Positions 27,427 through 40,200 of a stretch of 64,000 nucleotides of DNA are shown in pieces. How positions within the stretch are numbered: position 1 is the first letter of the stretch; the number at the start of each line of letters is the position of its first letter. Origin of the DNA: Tubiluchus corallicola (lineage: Eukaryota; Animalia; Priapulida); the NCBI GenBank assembly GCA_030141605.1, contig JAQGDQ010000200.1, positions 186,001-250,000 of the forward strand, read 5' to 3'. The position numbers and the translations under genes are program-made. The notes beneath the pieces were generated by a model. It did not search any database. It was not told the DNA's origin and saw only the letters and a program-made list of their open reading frames with translations.

Positions 27427-28450
27427 CAGGGGTGTTTGGGATCAGGGCCATTATGATCCTAACCTCCAAACCTTCTTCAAATCCTGAACCCCATTCCTGA
27501 ATGTTCGGTCCTATCCCAAACCCTGTTTCCGACTTGTCATCCTGTTTCAACCCTGATCTCAACAAAAAACTGTAAAAGTTTACAATATTTGAAAAACAAT
27601 GTTGACTTTACATTTTTAAGGCATATGAAAAAATTATCCATTTATCGAGTTATTCAACAGATAAATTTTGTGACAACGTACTTTCATTGAAATTTTATTA
27701 ACCATAACTACATCGCGTGACTGTTGCAACTATTTTTTTAAAATGTCTTGTAAGCAGTTTAAAGTAAACTCATTATTAGCTTTTATAAAAGGAGCCATAA
27801 ATACAGAGAGAGTGCATCTGGCCATCTATGAGTGTGACACTTCTACTGGGTGTACTTGACCAATAATATTGGAACAATATATGAAAAATATTTTGTCTTA
27901 TCTAAATATCGTCCAAGAAAGTAATGCTTCTTAGTCAGAATGCACTATGCATAATTATTCCTTCTAACTATTATTTTAACTTCATAACTAGTAGATTACT
28001 GTTACTTGTGTTTTTTATCATAGTGAAATGTAAGAATTAGTTATGTAGACACCACACTAGCATGTATAATAAAGCTACTACATGATAGGCAGTAAATAAA
28101 TATTTTATCATTGACAGAATCAAATACACAATGCATTAGTAATAATTAATGCATTTGTAGCTGGTAACCTGTCGGACAGCAGGTGTGTAGGTGGACCTGC
28201 TCACAGTCTAGATAACATTTTTTATCCAGGATTCTAGGCACCTATAAACAATAAGTCAGAGCTAAAGTTGTGGAATTTCGCTGTAATTTTCTTATCTCCA
28301 TTTATTGACGATTATGTATTTATGCTTTGTGGTCAGCAATTCTGGCTGAACATTTCGTCTAAACCCAAAAAATCCTGACCTCCAACTCAGTTAGTGTTCC
28401 GAACCCCGATCCTGACAGCTGATCCTGACCAGAACTTCAATCCTGTCCTA
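27427..28450 (+). mobile_element. ~1-kb non-autonomous interspersed element (copy A)
   Basis: Colinear reverse-complement similarity to 42133-43228 at several blocks, e.g. gtcttatctaaatatcgtccaag / cttgggcgatatttagataagac; tatcattgacagaatca / tgattctgtcaatgata; tccaggattctaggcacctata / tataggtggctataatcctgga; terminal ggggtgtttgg / ccgaacacccc. Confidence 0.75.
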
Positions 28451-28813
28451 AGCTTTACTTTTATTAAAAGGAGTATTTGGGGGAAAAACTGAAAACACGT
28501 TTTGAATAATTTTTAAAAAGTCAATTATTAGCCCAGTTATTTAAAATTATGTGTCGGTGTCTTAAAGAACTTTGTAATGGAGATAAAATTTCTTTGAGTA
28601 AATGAAATGAATGAATAAATGTCACTAAGTTAAAGACACAAAAAACACAATTGTCTGATAAAATGTTTGTAATTCGCGAACGCAACATTTGAAATGTGAA
28701 CAAAAACAATTCATCTCTGGTATTAGTAACTTAATAATGCAAACGGGGCAATAAATAACGTAATAATCGAATCTTTTGACGATTCTAATACCTCAAAGTT
28801 ACTTAGTGGGCTC

Positions 28814-29052
28814 TGACGCAAAATTTTCAGGTTATTATCAATTTCCTTTCACTAATCTGTCTATCCTAATGTTAATTTTTAAAGAAACTGCTACAATCTG
28901 GACAACTTTTCTGACATCCACGCCTTCGGACAGGCACGGTTTCACAATTTCCACGTGGAAGCGCTTTAAACAAGAGCGGACATCATCTACCAGCGCACCG
29001 CATGAAACAAGTTTGAATGTAAAGTAGCCTTTGGTCTGAGTCATCCACGTCA
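28814..29052 (-). promoter_or_regulatory. Candidate ASNS promoter region with clustered bZIP/E-box motifs
   Basis: TGACGCAA 28814-28821, palindrome TTCCACGTGGAA 28949-28960, and TGAGTCAT 29037-29044 abutting CCACGTCA (TGACGTGG) 29045-29052. An acceptor at 26347-26348 upstream of the ASNS ATG implies an upstream non-coding exon; candidate donor at 28790-28791. Confidence 0.4.
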
Positions 29053-30299
29053 GAGATTGAAACAGCGCTTTCAAAGATTTGGATCATAATTATTAAAACG
29101 ATTACAGCAGTATCCACATAGGAGATGAAAATTTGTCACTTATCTTGTTTTGCCGAACAGTTAACAGTTTTTCTGAAAAGTGCATACTAACACTTGTGGT
29201 CATGTTGCAGGTCAGACAACTAGCAATGTGTTAACAGTTTTTGAGAAAAAACTTATACTTTTTGTGTTGAAATGAGCTAAATATTAATCTCAAGTTCTCA
29301 ACAAATAAGTTAAAATGTGTAAATTGCAAGGCTGGATAAACAGTGTTGTTTTATCTTTATTAGCTCAATACTGATTTTGTGCTTGTCAGACATGTTATTG
29401 CCAAATAAGGATGCCATTCGTGAAAATGTCAAGAAAAATAAAAAATCCGTGCTATAAAGTGTGAGAAAAGAACTTGAAATTGCACTGTCCCGAGGTCAAT
29501 TAAAACACTACCTGCAATGAATAATGAAAAACAAACATTTGTAAGGCTAAATAAAAATCAAAAGCAAGAGTTTGTGTTACTTCTCGTTGCTTTTTATGAT
29601 TAGCAACAGTTCTCCTTACACAAAGTTATCAGCCTTTCATTTTATTTTTCGGTTTAAGGCAACTTGGTCTGCCTCTGTCCTAGAGAAATCCTCTCCACAC
29701 ACATGGCACCTATCCCCCGTGTTGTCTATGCGTCTTGTGCTACATCCAAGATCTGCAACATGTCACTCAGCGTGTCCTTCCCAAAGACACGTCTGCACGT
29801 GTTCTCCTTCGTCCAAGGCCCGTCAAATCACCCAACCAGTCCTCGTACTAGTTGTTCTGAAGACGTCTGTTCTGCAGCGTCATGTCTTAAAAGTCTGCCA
29901 GAGCCAATTCTCCCTTCTTTCGTCACACCACCCACAGTTTCACACAAGAGACAGACGAAGATTTGTAGAGCAGCAGTTATTTTTACACGAAATTAAAGTT
30001 TCAGGTAGCTAAAAAATGCTACGTAATTTAGGCAGAACGTAGCGACTTCAAAGAACTATAAAATGTATAGACATGAGTGCCAAATGGGGTTGTAATTATA
30101 AAAAAAGCTTAGCCAATAAAATTAGCTTTAAGTCAAATCGGTTACACAAATGTTTACTAATCTTGTCTTGCCTTTGAACATGCAGTTCATGTACCGAAAC
30201 AATGACGACGCGTAGCTTTTAAAGTTTTGTAGGAAATTAAGCATGCTTATTGAGAAGTCAGCATAGCTTAAGTTAGTATGATCGACGTTCTATTTGATG

Positions 30300-30500
30300 G
30301 CACTTGTGGTGTGTTAACAGTTTTTGTGAAAATTGCATACTTGCACTTGTGGTGTGTTAGCAGTTTTTGTGAAAAATGCATACCTGCACTTGTGGCGTGT
30401 TAGTTGTTTTTGTGAAAATTGCATACTTGCTCTTGTAGTGTGTTAGCAGTCTTTGTGAAAATTGCATACTAGCACTTGTGGTGTATTAATAGTTTTTCGG
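30300..30500. repeat. 43-bp minisatellite, ~5 copies; related units at ~29160-29260
   Basis: gcacttgtggtgtgtta(a/g)cagtttttgtgaaaattgcatactt starts at 30300, 30343, 30386, 30429 and 30472. Confidence 0.9.
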
Positions 30501-31277
30501 AAAAAAAACTACATGCATACTTTCTGTATCAGTGGGTTAAAACGTGAGGCTCAATTACTCAACAAATAGAATGAGAAACTACATAGGCTCAAGACCAAGA
30601 TAAAAATTATTGTCTTTGCCTTTCGTAATTGGTTACTTGGAGACGTTTTGTGCTTATCGAACATTTTTTCACTTTACAAAAGGAATTCCCGGTGTGGATA
30701 TTATTATACCCTACACAGCTTGTAACTTTTTTGCTTTCAAATTCTCCTAATGTTTGTTGTATCTATTAAAGACAGCTGCAAAGTTTGACATTACTGTGTT
30801 ACTGATATTACTGAAGCAACTGTGTTACAAAGATTCTGTAAATTAAATGAGTTTTGAACGTTTCGTTCACAAAAGTTTGATTCTAAATTAATAATTATTA
30901 TTATAATAGATATTGTGGGACACAATTTTTATTATTTTCGAATTAAGAATGTGAGTTTGACTTATTACATAAACAGCTGCAATGAAAAATTATTTTTGCC
31001 TGCCCTCGGGGAACTCTTTTTCCGTACCCCACACGCTAAACTAGCTTAGTTAACGTCAGTGGTTAACGGCAATAAGGATGCAGCAGCGTAGCAGCGTGCA
31101 AATGTATCTCATTTAGAACGAAGATAATTAAACAGAAGGTAATAATTGATTTCTCCGCATGTGAAATAGTGAGTCAGCATCAATATTTACGCACAGATTC
31201 TTGGAGCCTGGACAACCCAGTTATTCACTTCAGCCTCGTGGTGTCGTGGTCTGGTTTACATCGTGAAGCCTATTAAG

Positions 31278-34200
31278 ATGCCGGAGGTAAGTCATTTATT
31301 TCCATTTTCATTTCTATGTGGAATAATTACGCCTAGTATGTAGATTATAAATCACCGTATTCTCTGTCTTGGCGCTGTAGGCTGTTGTCCGGCACGAATG
31401 GAATGGAAAAAGAATGTCTGTTTGTAAAATTAGACCAGTAAAACGTATCCTTCTACCGTGAGTATCGTAGGGTAGTTAGTTGTTCTAATCTAACTAATCT
31501 AGATAGAGCATAGGCTAACTAACATAAACTAATTAATAATACTGTGGTAATTTACATACACATATGCAAAAGTAAAAGTCAAACAATATCAAACACTTAA
31601 ATTACTATTAGTTGATTGCACAGTAATTATAATCAAAAATGCCTACATCTAATTAAAAGTTATGAAAAGATCTGTGCAGCAAAATAAGAAATAGATTCAC
31701 AACAATAAGTGTGGAATCTTGTACAGGAGACAGCTATATCAACTCAAGGCTCACCTAATTCACATTTTTCTCATTAAATTTTCATTTTTTGGTCATATTT
31801 GGATTCCAAAATTTAAAAATTGCTGGCCATTGCATCAAAGCTCCTGAACTTTCACATTTTTAAACAGTTAAGAAGTTGCTGAAATGCGTGTAATTGATTA
31901 GTCTGATATCTCTAATTATATAGTTACAATTATAGACTTTCACTACATAGAATAGAAATCATTAGTCAAACAATGTAAAAATCAAGCGATGTCAAACTTT
32001 TAAATTGCTGTTAGTTGATTGCACACTAACAGGAAACGCTATTATGGTTTTGTTTTTTGGAGGGAATTTTTGAAGTTTTGAGTAAACTAAATGCCTATAC
32101 GCCATATGAAATTGGATATAATTTTTCAGAAGCGTCACATAGTGCTCAAGTTAAGCACAGAATATAGGGTTAGTATAGAATACACAATCACAAGAGAAAT
32201 TTTAGTGAGCTTTCTTCATTTTTTATTTTCGTCAGTAGAATATCGTCAGCAGTGGATTGCAACGTTGGATTTTTTTCATTTATAAATGTTCTATTTATAG
32301 CTTGAGCTGCTTATTTCCAGAGTGTAAATTTATTATCATTCATTGTTAATAAAGCCCCTAAAGAGGGTTTAACTGGTTAAAACTGGAGCTACACAAGCTT
32401 TATGTTAAAACTTTTGTTAAATATAGGAGCGTCAGGGGCATATACAATGTTCCTTCTGTTTTTATACGTTGTTCGAGCGGTCTTGAAATACATATTCTGA
32501 TATAACTATAATAATATGTGTAATTATTGTATCGATTATCTTCACAAGTGCTTACAAACGCGACAGAACTACATGAAAACAAAACGTGTTAAAATACTTA
32601 AATTTTCTAATCTGTGCATTGTCAAATTGTTGCTAGTATAGTTTAACGAAACGCGTTAGTTAGTATAGTTTAGTTATTTTGCAGCTAATATTGTACACTA
32701 AGAAAAATGTATAACCATGGGATTTTCATGCACAAGTTAGGATATAATTGTATCGACAAAAGTCTCCAGGCTCTTTCTTCACATGGTAAATAGAGTAACC
32801 GCCTACTATATTATGTTGCTACTGTGCACTATAGATCAATCGTTCGTTGCTATATGCTGCTACGCAACTCTCAATTGGGCAAATTTACAATTGCGGATAC
32901 ATATAATTGCCATTATGATGAACCATGCTTTGTAACACCTTGATTCTGTCAGAACTGCATGTCACGTCATGTATGTGTTTGCATACGTGCGTGCGAGCGA
33001 GCGCACGTGTATAATGTTACACGCGTGCGTGTGCGTGTATGTGTGTAATCTAACAGCATTTCAAAAGAAGTTCAAAACATGACCTTTTGACAAGGACGAG
33101 TATTTCTTGTTGTCAATTCCCGTGTTTTATGTGGACGATCTGAAGGCCGAATTAATTGTTTTTTTTCTAGAATTAATTCTAAAACCTGCCAAAAATGACA
33201 GCTTTAAATGTTGCAGTTTTTATTGAGTTGTTTTTTGATTTTAAAATTCAGATATACAACGGTTAGGCCTAATATATGCAGAAGTCCCAGAAGTCAGTAT
33301 CTGTTTTATATTTTTTGTAGTTTATAACAAACAAGACAGAATGTTTGAAAATTGGTGAAAATTGAAAATTGAACGAATGAACAGAAACGTTTGGCTATTC
33401 TTTTAGTGAAATTAGATGAAAATGTGAAAAAGTACAGTACTGGTAGGCTTCTCCATTTTCGCTATACTTTCTTCAAAGCATTTCTGCTAATGATTAACAT
33501 ATGCATTTCCAACATCAGCAAGCACTTCCAGTTAAATGTTTGTTATTTCGATTGCTGTTTTGAGTTCTGGAAGGATGATTGAAGGTGCCTTGATATTTTT
33601 GTCTAAGTTTTAGTTTGCTTGTAAAAAAGTTGCAGGACTTCAAATCTGTCAAGTCCCTAACTTTCAGTGGAAAGACCCCAGGGACTAATCTAGTGGCAAC
33701 CCGGATATTTTGCTTTGAGAAAGTCTCTCACAGCGTTTACGAGTAGTGAGGATGTGCTTTACCTTGTTGCAAAATTTTATTGCTAATAATGAGAGCTTGG
33801 TATCGTCCATATGCTGTTCTGAATTTTCGTCTAGTTTATGACCGAGGGACTTCTGGTTGGACTAACGGGTTGAGATTTTGCACCTCATTTCTAGCTTTAA
33901 TGCCCGTCATCGTAGTAATGAGGTTTTGGTAAAAATTGAAATAAAACAATAGCCGAATACCGCTTTTAATTGATTCAAATTGTTAAGACTGGATGAAAAG
34001 AAAATCAGAAATCAAAATGTATTGAACTCTATTATAATTTTAGATATACAAATATGTTACATATGCCAAGAATAAGTACTAAAAGTGTGGTGAATTTTAG
34101 TTTTCTTTCGAAGTTCACTGTGAAAATTTGAAATAAATTACCTGATCATGTGAGATTTGCCTCATATGACCATTTTATTAATTCTAAGAAACTTTTTTGC

Positions 34201-37200
34201 TGTGGAATGATGAGACTGCATGTGCTCTTTTGGTTATTATGCATATAATATTTGTCTTTTTCTATAATCTGGTTAGTTTACTGCTTTTGTAATTTTAATT
34301 AAACCCTATTTTAAATGGGAAATTAAAATTAACTTCTGATTTTTTTCTGTCTTACAGGGAAAATGTTTTTGTAAATGTAGTTTTTACTTTGTCTTTCTTA
34401 TATATTCCTTATGTTTGTTACTTGTATTATCCGACTTAAATTTTACTCTGTACTTCCTTGCTGATTGAGCATGCGCATTAAGACTTAAAGCCTCGATTGA
34501 TACTCGCTTTACAGAATATACCTCATCACTAACTATGTGCACTGCAAAATTGTAATAACAGTTCCCTATAAAAATTACTAAGCTGCTCTGTTTAAGTTTA
34601 CCTGGTATATTTTCTGACTGCTTCTCTTTTCGCTTGCAGGGTACCATTAGACCGAAGGAAGGGTTTGATGCTGAAGCTGCTGCAAAGCGGCTCAAGAAGG
34701 CCATGAAAGGCCTGGGTAAGAACACAGCTGCTGTACCAAAGGAAAAATAATGTAAAGGTTGTTTACTTGCGAAAATAGTAGAGCCTAATGCCCTTCTCCA
34801 CCCACTTGGCGCCACATTCGACTTTAAATACACTTCTTCACCCTAGGCCGAAATCCAGCACTCAAGAGCAGGGCGCACTCAATAGGATGTTGGTGGCGTG
34901 ACCGTAGCTTGGCTCGTTATCAAGGGTATATCTTTCTAAGATGAGCCATTGAATCGGCAGAGGTGTCATGGCCACATTCGAATTATACAGTGTCCCTCTA
35001 CGAGGTAAATAGCCAGAATCAGTACGACGAATGAAACCCGATAGTATTAATTGCTCAGTAAGCGACAATTAGATATACCATTAGACATAAAATGAATTCA
35101 AAATGTTATTGCTTTCATTTTTTGCCAGAATTTATACATTAAACTTGACAGTTTATGTACAATTTGGAGCAATGGGGTTAATCTATTTTGATTTTTTACA
35201 GGTACAGACGAGCAAGTAATTATAGATGTGCTGACTTCCCACAACAATGAACAACGGCAGGAGTTACAAACTCAGTACAAAACAATGTACGGCAAGGTAT
35301 GAAATATTTTCTGTTCCTACCATGTGTAGAATGAAAATACAAAGTAAAGGTGCAGACCCACACCCTGAGGTGAAGTCACTGTGGCCTTGGCCTTTATAGG
35401 TTTTCCCAACTTTTGCTCACACTTATCAATATCACGTTAATTATATATGGCTTTATCTAATTTGAGTTTATGCTTTTTTAAAATCTTATGACCTACATCT
35501 TTGATCTGTTAAGACTAAAGCAAATTAATATTCTGTAAAACCTTATTTCACTTTAGGATTTAAAGGAAGACCTGAGTGACGAGCTTGGTGGCCATTTTGA
35601 AGACGTTTGCCTCTCACTTCTTACTCCTCCGTATTTGTTTGACGTCAAACATTTGAAACGAGCAATGGAGGTATACCAACAGTGTAAATACAGTTTTGAA
35701 CACATAAAATAGTACAGAATTTGGTATAAAATTTGATTTTACGAGAGGCTTACCATAAATTACTAATAGCGACAATTTGCGTTATCAATCTTAATAATGG
35801 GTGAGACAGTTTGCTTCTTTCTGAAATAATCCGGATCTTCATACATTACCATTAGTTATCTGGTACCACGTCTAATACCAAGTAATAAGGTTACTGGTAA
35901 TACTGGTAATAAGGTAATATCAGTTGTAAGGTTCTGGATTCAAAACCTAGGTAGCCTCATAGTTTTTCTGTCAGTTTAATTACATTTCTCCCGGTAGTTT
36001 TGAAAATAAAATACAATTGAACAATATCTTTTAAAGAATGCAATAAACGTACATTGAAACATTATATTAAATTTAAGCATTTAAATTTTCTAAATATTAC
36101 GTGACTTTTATTAACTTCTTAGTTCTTAGTGCTTAGACAATATGAAACGCACGGACAGTATAATTTACATAAAGCCTGTTGTATTTAGAAGATACATTCT
36201 AAGCCTTTTAAACTGTGTGTGATTTAACTAGTTTTCACATGTCTCCTAGTTTAATGTTGAATACTAATAACAGCATTTGTACATATATATATCCATACTT
36301 ATCTGCTTATTGTTTATATTTATGCTAATTAGTTAAACAGTTTTGTTTTGTACTAACTTACTTGGACCATACTAAAAAAAGGTTTTAGAACGATTTTAGA
36401 ACGAAATTTATATTTTATTTTGTTTCATTCTATTTTGTTCGATTCTATTCTCGTTTAACTTTTATTCTTACAGGGAACTGGAACAATAGAAAAAGTGCTG
36501 ATTGAAATTCTCTGCACCAGAAGCCCACAGGTATATGTGAATGTATATTCTCCTACTTCGTGTCAGGCCTTTGTTTTGGGTCCTATATTGTATAGTCAGT
36601 TATTAACCAATTGCAGTTAATAATTAAAATGGTCATCATTTCCCTAATCAGAAATAGACATTATTAATGATATAGCTATTACCTGCTTGTTAATTACGCA
36701 CACTTCTTAGAGTTAATTAAGATAATAGTTTGTGTCGGCAGAAACTGCATCACTTCGATACACTATATTTAACCGCGCAGAGCAGGGTTGTTGGAAAAAG
36801 GGCGAGTTTTTCAACAGCGTGAGAGGTTTTGGGAGTGATACATTTTGGTGCAGTCAGTGATATTTTGGCAAGACAATTTTGTAAATGTACATGCTAAAAA
36901 CTCGGCTTCCTGTACCATATCCCAAATATCTGACTCTGAAGTCATAATTTGTCAAAATTAGTTTCTGAAAACCGACAGCTTCCCTTCTTTGCTGCTGCTT
37001 CTCAAATGTTTGTTCTAGTCCTTCCTGGATGCAGAACAACTGTTTATAGGAAGTTCTGTAACCAGAAAATCATTTCCCTGTTACAACCTTATAAAAACAT
37101 TAATAGGTATTTGTTATCACAAGTTAGTTACGAAATTGTGTTTTTCTAGACCTGTCCCTTTTATATTTTCCGTTTTTTACTGTAGCCTCCAACTAGAATT

Positions 37201-40200
37201 GACAAAAACTACAAATATAACCAAAATATATTGTATCCACTGGAATTTCCGGCGCTACCTTTAAAAAAAGAAAGCAAATTCATTAAAAAGAGGAATATGT
37301 GTAGTAAAATCTTATATTTGTTATTGTTTTCAGTAGACAGTAATCATTAATCCACAGTTGTTTAGCAAACTCCTGTAATTTTATTTTCATGGCATTCTGA
37401 ATTATAATTTCGTAAATCGCAGGATATGGAATTGATTAAAACTACTTACAAGGAAACATACAAGACAGAGCTGGAAGCTGATGTGAAATCAGAGACATCT
37501 GGTAACTTGAGAAACCTCCTAGTATCTATGATTGCTGGAGGACGCGACACAAGCGACGAGATTGACCAGGAAAAAGCGCAACAAGACGCCGAAGAGTTGT
37601 ATCAGGTTCGAAATTAAATGTTTACGATGAGGTGAAGCGGTGTCAATCTATGTAGAAGAGGAACGGTAGTAGTCTTAATTAATTTTAAGACTAGGTCAGT
37701 AACGAAATTACCTGTGAGCACGATGATAACCGTTGCAGTGCCAGGATTTCAATATTCACATCATTAGCCAAATAAACAACTGCATAGTATTAACAACTAC
37801 AATGCTCAAAGAAAACAATAATAAGTATGTTAATTGTCTTATCAATCTTAATAATGGGCGGGATAGGGTGTTGCTGAGGAATCAGGTTGTTCAAGCAATA
37901 CATCTAGTGATCAGGTACCACGTCAGACAGCAATCGTAAGGTTCTGGGTTCAAAACCATGTTTTTCTGTCAATTTAATTATATTTCTCCCCGTAGAAATA
38001 ACATTAAAATATTGAACAACTTCTTTTATAGATGCAATTAAATTTACATTAAAACTTTTACATTAAATTTAAGTGTTTAAAAATTTTTAAATATTGCATG
38101 ACTTTTATTAGCATCTACCTCTTAGTTCTTAGCATTTGTACATTTGATCTGAAATGTATTACAGTTGTATATAGATGATGACTTTAAACTGCATGCTAGT
38201 GATTTAAAAGCGGAAGGTTGTTGAATAAAGTTTAATAATAATTTACTCCGACCTTAGTATAATGTTGGAGGATACCCGAGGGTTTCGAGTAGCTCGATTA
38301 AAATCTGGCAGCTGACGTCCTTTTGAATTTTGCTAGAGTTTCAATTTGAAGTTACTGCTGTTATTTATAAACTAACTTAAGGGCGTCTCTTCAAAGTGAG
38401 TACGTTCTAATAGAATAACACTGAGTAGGTATAGAAGTGAGGGATGGCTGCGTTTGTAGTGAGAACGCAATCAATTTACTCAATTTAGTAGTTTTATCAG
38501 ATTAGGTCTTTCTTAACGTGTGTTTTGAATACCCTATGGAAAAGTTCACAGACTTATAAATGAATTCTCACTGCTGAGTGTATTTAAAATGTAGTGACAT
38601 TTTACCTCACCAGCCGAAGTGGTAGATCATGTGCCATGAAAGCATAGGTTCCGTGTTCCAATTGACTCACAATTTTTCTCTTTCTTCAATTAATTATCCG
38701 TTAGGCTATTTTTGTAAGCGTGATACAAGCAGCTTTGTCAATTTAAACATTGAATTATGAATATTCAAAAATGATTTCTGAATATTCACATTGCTCTATT
38801 AATATCTAAAAATAAGCAATAAATTCCAGGTTGGTGTTCCATAGTTTTTCAGCTGATGATTAGCTGATGACATTGTTCCACAATTCAAATTTTTAACACT
38901 CAAAAAGCTCTTCAGCCGCGACTTGAAAACTACTACAGCTGTAAACTTGAAACTTTCGCAGTCAAAATTTAATGTATTGTAATACCACACTGCGAAATTT
39001 CAACTTTGTAGGCACTTGCTTCTAACATTATTGCAGTCTAACCTCGGCGAATTTTTCTCTTCCAGCGATATGTTTAAACAGCGTTATGAAAATTACTGCG
39101 TGGCGTACACACCACCATATGTAGCGACCACTAAATTGGTTGTGCAGTGTGCAGGATCAAACAAAAAAGCTAATGTGGACTTGAATCCTCTTTTTCGCAG
39201 CAGTTTTAGCTACTCAGCAAACTTCAAAGCACTGAGTGGCTTAACAATTTCTGATAAATTAACCAGTCAATGTAACTGCTTTTGCAGTACAAACCCTGTT
39301 TATTAAATTATGGAGGTCAAAGTAACTATAGCTAGTTTTTCATTTTTCAAATTAATGACAAAATAATAAATTTCAGGCAGGAGAGGGAAAACTCGGCACG
39401 GACGAGTCGACTTTCAATCAAATTCTAGCTTCACGCAACTATAATCAATTACATGAGACCTTCGACGCTTATACCAACCTTTCTGGAAAAGACATTATTG
39501 ATGCTCTAAAAGAAGAGCTCAGCGGAGATTTATTAGACGGGTACATGGCTATAGGTAAGCATAAGGACATCTTGAGAGGTGGGTACTCAAAACGGGGTCT
39601 TTCCATGTCTTTAGGCTTTGTTGCGTCATGCGGTTTGTCGTCGCTGTCGCTATTGCCATTGTCGTCATAACCATTCAATATAGATGCTTGTGTAATTTTA
39701 GTGATAACTGTGTGGCGACGATAGCTGTCACTATTTTGTTATTTGATTCAGTAGCTGGAAAATAACAGAGAATGTATAGTTAAAGTACGGTACTATCAGT
39801 AGGCATAGTGCTAAACGTTTAATCTGCTTTCTCATTTGTGATAAAAAATACCAATTTTTGTGTTTTAGTGAAATGTAGTCGCAATCCACCAGCTTACTTT
39901 GCCGAGTGCCTGAAAAAGACCATTGCTGGAGCAGGCACTGATGACGACAGCCTTATAAGAATTCTAATCTCCAGGTCTGAAGTAAGGGTATATAGTTACT
40001 TGGTTAACACTGTAACGTTCAATAAAAAAACTGACCGTTGATAATTTGTTTTGCTTGCATTGGTCCTTGCTTCTTCAATACATGTTTTATAAAGTGTTTT
40101 AGATGCTTCTTTACAGGCTGCTCACTTTTCCAGTTGATCCTGTTTCATTGATCACCAATCACACCATCCCAGACAAAATATTTGTATTAATGAGACTAAG

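Noticed and set aside
30300-30500. Regularly spaced 43-bp repeats resembling a CRISPR array
   Set aside because: Units are head-to-tail with no unique spacers, there are no cas genes, and the context is eukaryotic; it is a minisatellite.
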